From a virus (Duplodnaviria; Caudoviricetes): a stretch of DNA of 56,539 nt. Under the pieces are notes generated by a model. That model was given only the letters and a program-made list of their open reading frames with translations. It was not told the origin of the DNA and ran no database searches. Every line of letters starts with the position of its first letter. The stretch's first letter is position 1. Location: IMG/VR virus record IMGVR_UViG_3300010052_000139, positions 1-56,539 of that record. One strand, given 5' to 3'. Of the stretch, positions 8,543 to 17,465 are shown piece after piece. The position numbers and the translations under genes are program-made.

Positions 8543-9081
8543 AGCAATCCAAACTGATGTCGATGCTGGAGAGCATCATCAACGTTGTCGTCGGGTTCGG
8601 TATTTCGTTGGCGGCGCAGATGGTCTTTCTGCCGATGCTCGGCGTGCATATCGACTTCCATCAGAATTTGCAGTTCGCGCTGATCATGACGGCAATCTCG
8701 ATCGCGCGGTCGTTCCTGTTGCGCCGCGTGTTCGAGGCGCTGCGCATTCGGCGTCCGTTGTCGCCGTTCATGCAGGCGGTGATCGCCGAACGCTTTCGAC
8801 AGGTTGAAGCCGAGGGCTGGGATACGGCGCATGACGACGATCATTCGCAAGGCACCCTCGCTCGCGCTGGTGCCGCTTACGCGCTCGGTGAGCGGGTTAC
8901 ACCGTGCGAGAACTATCTAGACGACGAAGTTGTCGAAGTAACCGGCCGGTTGATATGGCCTTGGGATATCGAGTGGTGGAAGCCGACGGGTTTCCGTCGC
9001 GACCTCGTGAAATCTGCGGCGTTGATCGTTGCCGAAGGCGAGAAGTTCGACCGCTCGCGCAAGCGCAAGGCGAGGGCATGA
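8539..9081 (+). CDS. Fusion of a small 2-TM phage domain and an ERxRQ..EGW..HDD/WPW domain
   Basis: MKQSKLMSMLESIINVVVGF TM hairpin; ERFRQVEAEGWDTAHDD; WPWDIEWWKP; RRDLVKSAALIVAE. Confidence 0.75.
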   Translation: MKQSKLMSMLESIINVVVGFGISLAAQMVFLPMLGVHIDFHQNLQFALIMTAISIARSFLLRRVFEALRIRRPLSPFMQAVIAERFRQVEAEGWDTAHDDDHSQGTLARAGAAYALGERVTPCENYLDDEVVEVTGRLIWPWDIEWWKPTGFRRDLVKSAALIVAEGEKFDRSRKRKARA

Positions 9082-9440
9082 CGATGCCGCGCCATGCCAA
9101 ATCGAACGCCAAGCCGTGGACCGATGCCGAGCGCAAGCGCCTGCTGACGCTGAGCGCCGATGACCGGTCGTGGCGCAATATCGCCCGGGCGTTTCCGGGA
9201 CGCAGCGCCTCGGCCTGCAAGCAGATGTGCAACGTCCTACTGCGGGAAGCGCAGGGAATATTTCGCGTCCATGCCGTGACGCCGCAAAAGGCGAACGGTC
9301 GCATCTCGCGGCAGGGTAGCCGCAGCGAAGCGCCGACACTGCCCGCCGACGATACGCGCAGTATCACCGGCGTGGTGTTCGGTGATCCGTTGCCGGGCCG
9401 CAGCGCGCTCGACCGCAAGCGCAGTGAGGCGTGTGTATGA
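9078..9440 (+). CDS. Hypothetical protein with Myb/GcrA-like HTH N-terminus
   Basis: WTDAERKRL...SWRNIARAFPGRS; C-terminal FGDPLPGRSALD. Confidence 0.65.
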   Translation: MTMPRHAKSNAKPWTDAERKRLLTLSADDRSWRNIARAFPGRSASACKQMCNVLLREAQGIFRVHAVTPQKANGRISRQGSRSEAPTLPADDTRSITGVVFGDPLPGRSALDRKRSEACV

Positions 9441-9489
9441 ACAACGCGAACCAGGGGAATGGTCGCGCCGAACGTGATTTGGGGCTGAC

Positions 9490-9675
9490 GTGACTCCGGA
9501 CCAACTGAAGCAATACCGCTCGCTGCTGACGTCCGGTCGCGTGCCTGACAATCGGCTGTCGGACACGCGCGTGTTCTACCGCGGCTGGAACGAGGGGGTC
9601 GATTACGCGGAGCGGATGCTTCGGAAGGTGCTGGGCGAACCGGTCAACACGGGGACGGGGAAAATCGAACGATGA
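9490..9675 (+). CDS. Hypothetical protein
   Basis: 61-aa ORF whose stop overlaps the ASCH start. Confidence 0.45.
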   Translation: MTPDQLKQYRSLLTSGRVPDNRLSDTRVFYRGWNEGVDYAERMLRKVLGEPVNTGTGKIER

Positions 9676-10070
9676 AGGCCTTATCGATCCGCCAGCCTTG
9701 GGCATGGGCGATCCTGCATGCAGGCAAGGATATCGAGAACCGCGACTGGCGCTGCAAGGTGCGCGGCCGGGTGCTGGTGCATGCGTCAAAGGGCATGACC
9801 CGCGCGGAACTGATGGATTTTCAGGATTTCACCTGCCTGATGAATCCGCAGCCGCAGATTTTTGGTCGGACCACGGACGAGTTGGTGTTCGGCGCGCTGG
9901 TCGGAAGCGTCGAAATCGTCGATTGCGTGTCGCAATCCGCCTCGCCGTGGTTCATGGGGACGTTCGGCTTCGTGCTGCGCAATCCGGTTGCTTTCAAACA
10001 GCCCGTTCCTTTCAAGGGCTCGCTCGGTTTCTTCGACGTGCCGGATGCTGTCGTGGCGGGGACGCTATGA
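9672..10070 (+). CDS. ASCH domain protein
   Basis: MKALSIRQPWAWAILHAGKDIENRDW...RG.VLVHAS; PVPFKGSLGFF. Confidence 0.92.
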   Translation: MKALSIRQPWAWAILHAGKDIENRDWRCKVRGRVLVHASKGMTRAELMDFQDFTCLMNPQPQIFGRTTDELVFGALVGSVEIVDCVSQSASPWFMGTFGFVLRNPVAFKQPVPFKGSLGFFDVPDAVVAGTL

Positions 10071-12064
10071 TGGACCTCGTCGACGAAATCATTATCGACA
10101 GTTTCGCTGGCGGGGGCGGCACGTCCGAGGGGATTGTCGCTGCACTGGGGCGCGATCCGGATATTGCCATCAACCATGATCGCTTCGCGCTGGCGATGCA
10201 CCGGGCCAATCATCCGAATACGCGGCACATGGTTGAGGATGTGGTGACGGTTGACGCTATCAGTATGTGCGACGGTCGCCCGATCGGCATGTTGTGGATG
10301 TCGCCGGACTGCAAGGATCACAGCAAGGCGAAGGGCGGCAAGCCGCGCGAGAAAAATATTCGCGGTCTCGCGTGGGCGGTGTTCGGCTGGGTAAAAGCCC
10401 TGCCGGAGTGGCAGCGTCCGCGCGTCGTATTCCTTGAGAACGTTGAGGAATATCAGGATTGGTCGCCGCTCGACGAAAACGGCAAGCGCTGCGCGGTTCA
10501 GCGCGGTGTCACCTTCCTCAACTTCAAGGCATCGTGGGAGGCGCTCGGTTACGTCGTCGAGTTCCGCTTGCGCCGGGCCTGGCGGGCGGGGCGCAAGACG
10601 CAGGCTGCCACGATCCGCCGGCGGCTTTACATGATCATGCGGCGCGATGGCGAGGCGATCACGTGGCCGGAGCCTTCGCGCGGCAACCCCAACGATGCAG
10701 CTGACGCGGCGAAAATCGCTGCCGGTCTGTTATCGCCATGGAAAACGGCTGCCGATTGTATTGATTGGTCGCTGCCTTGCCCGTCAATCTTCGACACTTC
10801 AAAGCAGATCAAGGCGAAGTACGGCATTCGCGCAAACCGTCCGCTGGTGATCAGCACCATGGCAAGGCTGGCGAAGGGTACGGCGCGTTACGTGCTCGGT
10901 AGCGCGCGGCCGTTCATCGTGCCGATCACGCACAGCGGCCCGGCGCGCGTGCACAATGCCGACGAGCCACTGCGCACTATCACCTCGGCGCATCGTGGCG
11001 AACTCGCAGTGGCGATGCCGTTCGTCACCAAGTTTCAGACCGGGTCGACCGGGCATGCGGCAACGGAGCCGCTTCATACCATTACGGCGCATGCCAGCGA
11101 TCACCATGGCGGAGGTGCCGCACCGTTGGCCGTCGTCGCGCCGGTGCTTGTCGGCTGCGGCGGTCGCGCCGGCCAGACCGAACCGAAGTCCGCCGATGCG
11201 CCGATCATCACGCAGACGGCGAAGGCTGACCTATGTGTGGCTGCGGTGCACCTGTCGACCATGCGCAATTCCGGCAAGCCGTTCAATGAAGCCGACCGGC
11301 CGATGCATACGCTGACTGCCGGCGGCGCGAATCTGGGTGTGGCCGCCGCCTTCATGGCGCAACACACCGCGGGTTCGCATCCCGGCGTGCCGGCGAAGCC
11401 GATCGACGAACCGGTATCGACGATCACCGGCGCCGGTTGCCAGCAGTCGCTCGCCGTGGCGCATATGGTCAACCTGCATGGCAGTGATCGCCGGGACGCG
11501 CCAGCCGAAGAACCGCTCCGCACGATCACGTCGGGCGGTACGCACGCGGGAGCGGTGCTGGGGTTTCTCGCGAAATACTATGGCGCCGGGTTGCCGAGCC
11601 AAGCCTGTGACGCGCCGTTGCACACCGACACAGCGAAGCCGCGCTTCGGCGTGGTCGAAGCCTTGGCGGCACTGCCGCCGTTCGGGCCGGAACATCATAA
11701 ACGTGCGCGACGAGTTGCGGCGTTTCTTCGCAAGCATGGCTATTGGGACGATCGCGAATTCGTCACTGTCGATCTGGGTAACGGCGTCACCGGCGTCATG
11801 ATCGACATCGGAATGCGGATGTTGACGCCGCGCGAGCGGTTCACGGCGCAAGGTTTCCGACCCGATTACATCATCGATCGTGGCATCCTCGAGGACGGCA
11901 CCGAGATCAGGTTTACGGCCGAACAGCAGGGCTACATGTGCGGCAACTCGGTGTGCCCGCCGGAAGCCGAGGATCTGATCCGCGAGAATTATCAGCCGCG
12001 CCAGGTGCGGCGACCGCGCGCGACGCCGAGGCCTGCACCTTTGTTGGAGGCGGCGGCATCATGA
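10067..12064 (+). CDS. C5-cytosine DNA methyltransferase with internal repeats
   Basis: Motif I DSFAGGGG, IV SPDC, VI LENV, VIII RRRLY, IX RMLTPRE, X GNSV. Confidence 0.92.
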   Translation: MMDLVDEIIIDSFAGGGGTSEGIVAALGRDPDIAINHDRFALAMHRANHPNTRHMVEDVVTVDAISMCDGRPIGMLWMSPDCKDHSKAKGGKPREKNIRGLAWAVFGWVKALPEWQRPRVVFLENVEEYQDWSPLDENGKRCAVQRGVTFLNFKASWEALGYVVEFRLRRAWRAGRKTQAATIRRRLYMIMRRDGEAITWPEPSRGNPNDAADAAKIAAGLLSPWKTAADCIDWSLPCPSIFDTSKQIKAKYGIRANRPLVISTMARLAKGTARYVLGSARPFIVPITHSGPARVHNADEPLRTITSAHRGELAVAMPFVTKFQTGSTGHAATEPLHTITAHASDHHGGGAAPLAVVAPVLVGCGGRAGQTEPKSADAPIITQTAKADLCVAAVHLSTMRNSGKPFNEADRPMHTLTAGGANLGVAAAFMAQHTAGSHPGVPAKPIDEPVSTITGAGCQQSLAVAHMVNLHGSDRRDAPAEEPLRTITSGGTHAGAVLGFLAKYYGAGLPSQACDAPLHTDTAKPRFGVVEALAALPPFGPEHHKRARRVAAFLRKHGYWDDREFVTVDLGNGVTGVMIDIGMRMLTPRERFTAQGFRPDYIIDRGILEDGTEIRFTAEQQGYMCGNSVCPPEAEDLIRENYQPRQVRRPRATPRPAPLLEAAAS

Positions 12065-12804
12065 CAAAGCTGTCTCGCTTCGCCGGCATCGGCGGTCATC
12101 ACAGCAACCGGCCGCAAACGGTCGAATGGCTCACGCCGCCCAGCATCATTGCGGCACTTGGTGGCGCAATGGCATTCGATCTCGACCCGGCGACACCGGA
12201 CGTGCAGCCGTGGCCGACAGCGCGGCATCGTTACACCAAGGCCGATGACGGTTTGGCGCGGCCGTGGTTCGGTCGCGTCTGGATGAATCCGCCATATACG
12301 AATGGTATCATCGGCCAGTGGCTGCAGCGCCTAGCGGAACATGGCCATGGCACCACAATCATCTTCGCGCGCACCGAGACCGAGGCATTCTTCCGACATG
12401 TATGGGAGCACGCGAGCGGGCTGCTGTTCCTTCGCGGGCGGCTGAATTTTCACTATCCCGACGGCACGCGAGCCAAGGCGAATTCGGGTGCGCCGACAGT
12501 GCTGTGCGCCTATGGCGCCGACGATGCCGAAATCCTCGCTTACAGCGGCCTCAACGGGCAATTCGTACCGTTGCGCTTCCCGCGCTCGGTGCTGGTCGAT
12601 GCGCTGCGCGACGTGACATGGGCCGAACTGGTCGCCAGCGCGCTGGCTGAAACTGACCGGCCGCTCCGCGTTGCTGACGTCTGGGCGCTGGTCAAAGACC
12701 ATCCCAAGGCGAAAGCGAACCAGCACGCGCGCGCCAAGGTGCGTCAGGTGCTGCAGCTCGGCGTCGGCCGCAGCCTCGGCCGCGATCAATGGGTGGCGGC
12801 ATGA
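12061..12804 (+). CDS. Phage N6-adenine DNA methyltransferase
   Basis: EWLTPP, FDLDPA, DDGLARPWFGRVWMNPPY, FARTET, FLRGRLNF. Confidence 0.9.
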   Translation: MTKLSRFAGIGGHHSNRPQTVEWLTPPSIIAALGGAMAFDLDPATPDVQPWPTARHRYTKADDGLARPWFGRVWMNPPYTNGIIGQWLQRLAEHGHGTTIIFARTETEAFFRHVWEHASGLLFLRGRLNFHYPDGTRAKANSGAPTVLCAYGADDAEILAYSGLNGQFVPLRFPRSVLVDALRDVTWAELVASALAETDRPLRVADVWALVKDHPKAKANQHARAKVRQVLQLGVGRSLGRDQWVAA

Positions 12805-13199
12805 CGCAGCCTGTCCGCATTCAGCGCCAACGCACCAAGGGCTGGAAGATGCCGCCGAACACGGTGAGCGTCACGCGGCCGGGACTGTTCGGGAACCACT
12901 ACCGCGTCTGGCGTGATTATGACGGCCAATGGATGGTTTCTTGGCGCTCGTGTCACTTTGCGCCGGCAACGAATACGCGAGCTGCGGCCGCCGCCCTTGC
13001 TGTCGATAAATATCGAGCCGACGTGACCACGGAAGGTCCGCACAATCATCGCTTGCTCGATCGCGTACCGACTCGCGCTGATATCTTCAAGAATTTGCGA
13101 GGTAGAAATCTCGCATGTTTCTGTGGGCTCGATCAGCCCTGTCATGTCGACGTGTTGCTGGAGCTTGCCAACGGCCCGATTTGCGAGGCGGCGTCATGA
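12801..13199 (+). CDS. DUF4326-like protein
   Basis: PVRIQRQRTKGWKMP...VTRPG.FGN; LRGRNLACFC....CH.DVLLELAN. Confidence 0.85.
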   Translation: MTQPVRIQRQRTKGWKMPPNTVSVTRPGLFGNHYRVWRDYDGQWMVSWRSCHFAPATNTRAAAAALAVDKYRADVTTEGPHNHRLLDRVPTRADIFKNLRGRNLACFCGLDQPCHVDVLLELANGPICEAAS

Positions 13200-13327
13200 A
13201 GATGCTGCTGGTGCTGCTGCTGCTGGTCGCCGTCGGGCTGCTCGATCTGATCGGAAGCTATTGCGCCTTCAAGTGCGGCATTGGCTTGCCGGTGACCCAT
13301 TGCAGTTGCGGGGTGCGGTGTCGATGA
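13196..13327 (+). CDS. Small hydrophobic Cys-rich peptide
   Basis: ATGA-coupled on both sides; MKMLLVLLLLVAVGLL... Confidence 0.45.
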   Translation: MKMLLVLLLLVAVGLLDLIGSYCAFKCGIGLPVTHCSCGVRCR

Positions 13328-13680
13328 CGGTCTATGTCGACGATGCCCGGCACCGTTTCGGTTGCATGGTGATGTGCCACATGTGGGCCGATAGCCTCGA
13401 CGAACTGCTGGCGATGGTCGACCGCATCGGCGTCGCACGGAAGTGGATTCAGGGCCACCCGACGCTGTCGTTCGGCAAGCACCGCAACGCCTCGTGGGTC
13501 CACTTCGATATCGCCGCCAGCAAGAAGGCGCTCGCCATCCAACACGGAGCGGTGCTGACCGACAGGTTCGGTCCGCTCGAACATCTCGCCAAGATCGATA
13601 TTGCCAGCGGCCAGCGTGAGCGCGCGCACCGCGGCGAGACAAAGCTGCGCCAAATCGCGGAGAGCCGCGCCCGAACCTGA
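13324..13680 (+). CDS. DUF4031-like protein
   Basis: MTVYVDD...MCHMWADSLDEL..M..RIG..RKW.Q; HFDI. Confidence 0.85.
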   Translation: MTVYVDDARHRFGCMVMCHMWADSLDELLAMVDRIGVARKWIQGHPTLSFGKHRNASWVHFDIAASKKALAIQHGAVLTDRFGPLEHLAKIDIASGQRERAHRGETKLRQIAESRART

Positions 13681-13734
13681 ATCCAGTGCCTGTTGCGTCC
13701 TGCGTCAGTTGAAATTCGAACATCAGAGAAGCCA

Positions 13735-14961
13735 ATGAGCATCGAGGCCATGAACTGGGCCCGGAAGATTCATGTCGGCGACGGCATGGGCAAATCGTTG
13801 TTGCGCGCCATTGCCGACTATGCCGACGAGTACGGGCATTGCTGGCCGTCGCTGGCGCGGCTGGCCGACGACTGCGACATGTCGATCGACAGCGTGCGGC
13901 GGCGGATGAAACTGCTGGAGGAGATCGGTGTCATTGTCACCTTCCGCGCGTGGATGGACGAGCACGGCCAGCGCAACGCCGATGGCCGGGGTCGCGAAAC
14001 GTCCCGCGATATCCGGTGCCTGCTCGACATGGTCCGCACCCGGGAAACCACGGAACACGACGACGATGACGTCGATCAGGCGGGCACCCCCCTAGCCAAT
14101 AGCAAGGGGCCCCTAGCTACTGGCGAGGGTAGCCAGCAGCAAGGGGCGGGGTCGCAGTCTGCTAGGGGCGGGGTTGCACTCGTGCCACCCCCTAATGAAC
14201 CACCATTGAACCGAGAAGATTCTCCCCCCAACCCCCCTCCGGGGGGGAGTGGTCCGCAAACGGACGAGGGGAAAGAGCCGGAGCATTTCCGGGCGTTCTT
14301 CACCGGTTGCCTCGGCTGGCGGACCATGGATGAGCAACGCGCCCTGCAGGTCTTCTCGGCACTGACGGTCGACGAGCAGGCGAGGGCGGCAGCTGCTTCG
14401 CCGGCGCATGCGGCGGAGTGCACGCGGTTCAAGAAACGCAGCAAGGATGCGCACAAGCTGCTTCTGGAAAAATTCTGGACGCGCTATCCGGACGCGCGCT
14501 TGCCGGAGAAACCGGCGGAACGGCACTGGATCGCATCGGGCGATCTCGATGGGCTTCTCGTGGCGCTGCGCATTGCAGATCGCGGCGGGCCGCAGCTGGT
14601 CGACGATGCCGAACGCGGACGCGGTTTGTGGCGCTCCTCGCCGATCACGCCCGATCTAGCCGCCATGGCGACGTTTGCGGGACAGGATCCCGAGGCGTGG
14701 CCGTTGATCGATGCGGACAGCCACGAATTCGCGGCATGGCGCACGCGGATCCGAGAATGGACCGGCTTCGTTGTCGAACCGCGCAAGCGTTGGCTCGAGC
14801 CTTACGACCCGAACGTTCACGGCCTGTCGGCGATGCATCCGAATTTCCGCATGCGCCGCTCGGCCTACGGCTTGCCGGTGCCATGCCATTGGCCACCGCG
14901 CAAAGATGGGACCTTCTGTAACGACAACGGCGAGGTGGTGGGGAATGAACGCAATGTTTAA
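13735..14961 (+). CDS. Replication initiator (N-terminal winged HTH)
   Basis: MSIEAMNWA...LRAIADYADEYGHCWPSLARLADDC; central low-complexity linker carrying iteron-like repeats. Confidence 0.85.
   Translation: MSIEAMNWARKIHVGDGMGKSLLRAIADYADEYGHCWPSLARLADDCDMSIDSVRRRMKLLEEIGVIVTFRAWMDEHGQRNADGRGRETSRDIRCLLDMVRTRETTEHDDDDVDQAGTPLANSKGPLATGEGSQQQGAGSQSARGGVALVPPPNEPPLNREDSPPNPPPGGSGPQTDEGKEPEHFRAFFTGCLGWRTMDEQRALQVFSALTVDEQARAAAASPAHAAECTRFKKRSKDAHKLLLEKFWTRYPDARLPEKPAERHWIASGDLDGLLVALRIADRGGPQLVDDAERGRGLWRSSPITPDLAAMATFAGQDPEAWPLIDADSHEFAAWRTRIREWTGFVVEPRKRWLEPYDPNVHGLSAMHPNFRMRRSAYGLPVPCHWPPRKDGTFCNDNGEVVGNERNV
14093..14167 (+). repeat. Four 16-bp iteron-like repeats (probable phage ori)
   Basis: TAGCCAATAGCAAGGG, TAGCTACTGGCGAGGG, TAGCCAGCAGCAAGGG, TCGCAGTCTGCTAGGG. 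Confidence 0.65.
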
Positions 14962-15547
14962 GATCGGTGACGTTGTTGGTGCTGTGGCGTCCGAAACCGC
15001 GATGCCAGCGGTGGCAAGCGAGCCAGATCGTTGGCTGCTCCTGCGCGTTCATCCGCAAACTGAGCGACGGGTTCACGAAAAGCTGACCCGACGCGGGATT
15101 TGCTGCTATGCGCCAAGCTATCCTTGTGAGGTCACAGTGCGGCGGACCTACACATGGCAAAAACCGATTGTGCAGCGAAGGATCAAGCCGTTATTCCCGG
15201 GCCTGGTGTTCGTTCCTGACTTGGACGTCTCGATGGACCGCTTGAAAGCAATATCGGATGATGTGGCTGGACTCCTGATCTATGCCGGTATTCCACTGGC
15301 TGCGCGCCCGAAGGATATGCACGATATTCGTAGGATTGAGCAGGAGTTGAACCAGCCGCGGTCGGCGCGGCGGCGCCGGATGGCCGTTGGCGATATGGTC
15401 AGAATCCGCGACGATGGACCGTTTGCGATGTGGACGGGTCGTATCGAGCGTCTTGACGATCGGGGCAGACTCAGGGTCTTGATCGAGTTCATCAAGCGCG
15501 AGGTGGCTGTTGATCTCTCCAGCCACCAGGTCGAGCCGGTAACGTAA
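14954..15547 (+). CDS. NusG-family (NGN + KOW) transcription antiterminator
   Basis: WLLLRVHPQTE, PLFPGLVFV, KOW VGDMVRIRDDGPFAMWTGRIE; occupies the Q position before late genes. Confidence 0.9.
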   Translation: MFKIGDVVGAVASETAMPAVASEPDRWLLLRVHPQTERRVHEKLTRRGICCYAPSYPCEVTVRRTYTWQKPIVQRRIKPLFPGLVFVPDLDVSMDRLKAISDDVAGLLIYAGIPLAARPKDMHDIRRIEQELNQPRSARRRRMAVGDMVRIRDDGPFAMWTGRIERLDDRGRLRVLIEFIKREVAVDLSSHQVEPVT

Positions 15548-15631
15548 GCCACGCTTACGGGAACGGATCGGCGGGGACACATTTCCCGGCGCATCCGGAG
15601 TTCGCTTACGCGACTCGGGTCACAGAGAAGT

Positions 15632-15664
15632 AGCCCCGCCAGCACAGCGGGGCTTTCGCTTTTT
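15632..15664 (+). terminator. Intrinsic terminator T1
   Basis: AGCCCCGC-loop-GCGGGGCT then TTCGCTTTTT. Confidence 0.75.
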
Positions 15665-15817
15665 CGGCATAGGGTATCCGCCCTGTGAAAGGGCAGAACT
15701 TAACGCTCGCAACGAAACCCACTCACGCCGGAGTTCGGCCATGTAATACCCGACCGCGCTATCCGACAAGCGCTTGAAACAAAACGGATGCTGGAGCGGA
15801 TAACTGGCTCCTACCAG

Positions 15818-15844
15818 AAGCCCGGGTTCGTCCCGGGCTTTTGT
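15818..15844 (+). terminator. Intrinsic terminator T2
   Basis: AAGCCCGGG-TTCGT-CCCGGGCTT followed by TTGT. Confidence 0.75.
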
Positions 15845-15857
15845 GTTCATAGGGTGT

Positions 15858-15936
15858 GCGATGCGGCCTTGCCGTATCGCTGCCCTCCTTGGGCGTTTCC
15901 TCCCTAGACTGGGCTGCCTTCGGGCAGCCCATTTTT
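15858..15936 (+). ncRNA. MmgR/suhB (alpha-r8)-like small RNA including its terminator T3
   Basis: GCCCTCCTTGGGCGTTTCCTCCCTAGACT core matches the family motif as I recall it; 5' hairpin 15858..15880; terminator TGGGCTGCC-TTCG-GGCAGCCCA-TTTTT. Confidence 0.78.
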
Positions 15937-15950
15937 CCTTCGAGGGCACT

Positions 15951-16133
15951 ATGGGTTGTCGATGTGGTGAACGGGCATCGGCCATCGTCGATGCCGCCAA
16001 GGCTGTCGCCAATGGCGACCGCGATGCTTTCGTCAAACAAACGAGCTTCGTTCTGACGTCGGCTATCGAAGATGCGTCTGCCGGTTTTCGGCAGGGCGTC
16101 GCCGCTGCCAGGTTGAGGCTATCACGACGATGA
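15951..16133 (+). CDS. Small hypothetical protein
   Basis: RBS GAGG, ATG 15951, ATGA overlap with next gene. Confidence 0.6.
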   Translation: MGCRCGERASAIVDAAKAVANGDRDAFVKQTSFVLTSAIEDASAGFRQGVAAARLRLSRR

Positions 16134-16687
16134 CGTCAATTCAGGTCGATGCGTCACAGTTCGCGCGAATGTCCAACATGTTCGCTGCGGCTGGCAATAA
16201 GGCGCAGCTGGCCCTCGTTCGGGCGGTCAATCATACGGGCAACAAGGCCGTAACCGCGATGCGGCGCGTGCTGGTTGATCAGACCGGCCTTCCGATGAAG
16301 ACGCTTCGCAAGGCGCTCAAGGCGCGCCGAGCCTTCAATGGTGGCGCGTTTGTGATCAAAGCGCGGGGTGGTGACGTCAGGCTCAAGTTTTTCCGGGCAC
16401 GCGAGACCCGCAAGGGAGTGAGTGCGGCACCGTGGAACAGTCGGCAGGTCTATCCGCACACCTTCATCAAAGGCGGCAAGTTCCCCGACCGCGTGGCGCT
16501 CGATATGGGCGGGCATGTATTCAAGCGCGCGGGGCGATCAAGGCTGCCGCTTCAAAGTCAGAAGTCGGGATTGTTCATTCCGACCGAAATGGTCACGGGG
16601 CAATCGGAAGCCGCGTTCTATCAGGTTGTCGAACGCGATCTTCCCGCACGTTTGGCGCATGAGCTCTATCGCGTGCTGGGAAGCTGA
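16130..16687 (+). CDS. Phage tail-completion protein (lambda gpZ-like)
   Basis: ALVRAVNHTG...; basic 185-aa protein ending ELYRVL, upstream of terS. Confidence 0.7.
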   Translation: MTSIQVDASQFARMSNMFAAAGNKAQLALVRAVNHTGNKAVTAMRRVLVDQTGLPMKTLRKALKARRAFNGGAFVIKARGGDVRLKFFRARETRKGVSAAPWNSRQVYPHTFIKGGKFPDRVALDMGGHVFKRAGRSRLPLQSQKSGLFIPTEMVTGQSEAAFYQVVERDLPARLAHELYRVLGS

Positions 16688-16856
16688 GCGCATCGAACAC
16701 GTTGCCGATGGGCAACACCCACCCCCTTTAGGGACCGTATTTTCATCGCGTGAGCCGGACGGCCATAGTGTGGCCCGCCGTTTTACCAGTAGCTCGGTTT
16801 GAAATCGGTACACGTGAACGCGTGTTTTGCACGTGTTATCTGCACGGATTGCACGA

Positions 16857-17465
16857 ATGGACGACGAGCTTTGGCTTTCGATCACTGATGCCGCTGAAAA
16901 ACTCACGGCAGCCGGCGATGCGGTCGATCGGTCGACGCTCTCGCGCTATTTGAAGCAGCACAGCGAGGCGCTGCCGGTTCGCCGAGACGGCAAGGCCAAC
17001 CTGATCGAGTTCAACGCGCTGGCGCAGCACCGGATCGAGAACGTCCGGTTGCGGAAGCCCGCAGGTCAGCCCGCGGCGTCGGCTGGCAGTCGTCCGGGAC
17101 GGTTCTCCGGCTCGCAGTCTGACGGCGCGGCGCGCAAAGCGCAGGCCGACGCCGAGATGCGGGAAATGGACCTGGCCGAGCGGCGGCGCGAACTAACGCT
17201 GGTCAGTGAGGTCGACAAGGGCGCGCGTGATGCCATCGCCCTTATGCAGAGCGCGTTCGATCGCGCGGTCGATACCGAGGCCGCGTCGGCTTCGGTCAAA
17301 TACGGTTGGGACGAGCGGATCACGCGACTTGTCCTCAAGGGTTTTGCTCGCAAGGGGACGGACATCTTCCACAGCGAGGTTTTGAAGCATCTCGACTCGA
17401 TTGCGCGTGCAGAAATGGCGGCGGAGCAGGGTGACGACCAGCCGGTCGAGGCTCAGCTGCAATGA
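16857..17465 (+). CDS. Terminase small subunit (Nu1-like)
   Basis: N-terminal HTH (LSITDAA...DRSTLSRY), KAQADAEMREMDLAERRRELT coiled coil, overlaps terL. Confidence 0.8.
   Translation: MDDELWLSITDAAEKLTAAGDAVDRSTLSRYLKQHSEALPVRRDGKANLIEFNALAQHRIENVRLRKPAGQPAASAGSRPGRFSGSQSDGAARKAQADAEMREMDLAERRRELTLVSEVDKGARDAIALMQSAFDRAVDTEAASASVKYGWDERITRLVLKGFARKGTDIFHSEVLKHLDSIARAEMAAEQGDDQPVEAQLQ

Noticed and set aside
7016-12804. Restriction-modification system
   Set aside because: No recognisable endonuclease beside any methyltransferase
15668-15817. Known self-cleaving ribozyme or tRNA in the late leader
   Set aside because: I could not find hammerhead (CUGANGA/GAAA), twister or cloverleaf consensus elements by eye; kept only as an unassigned structured RNA
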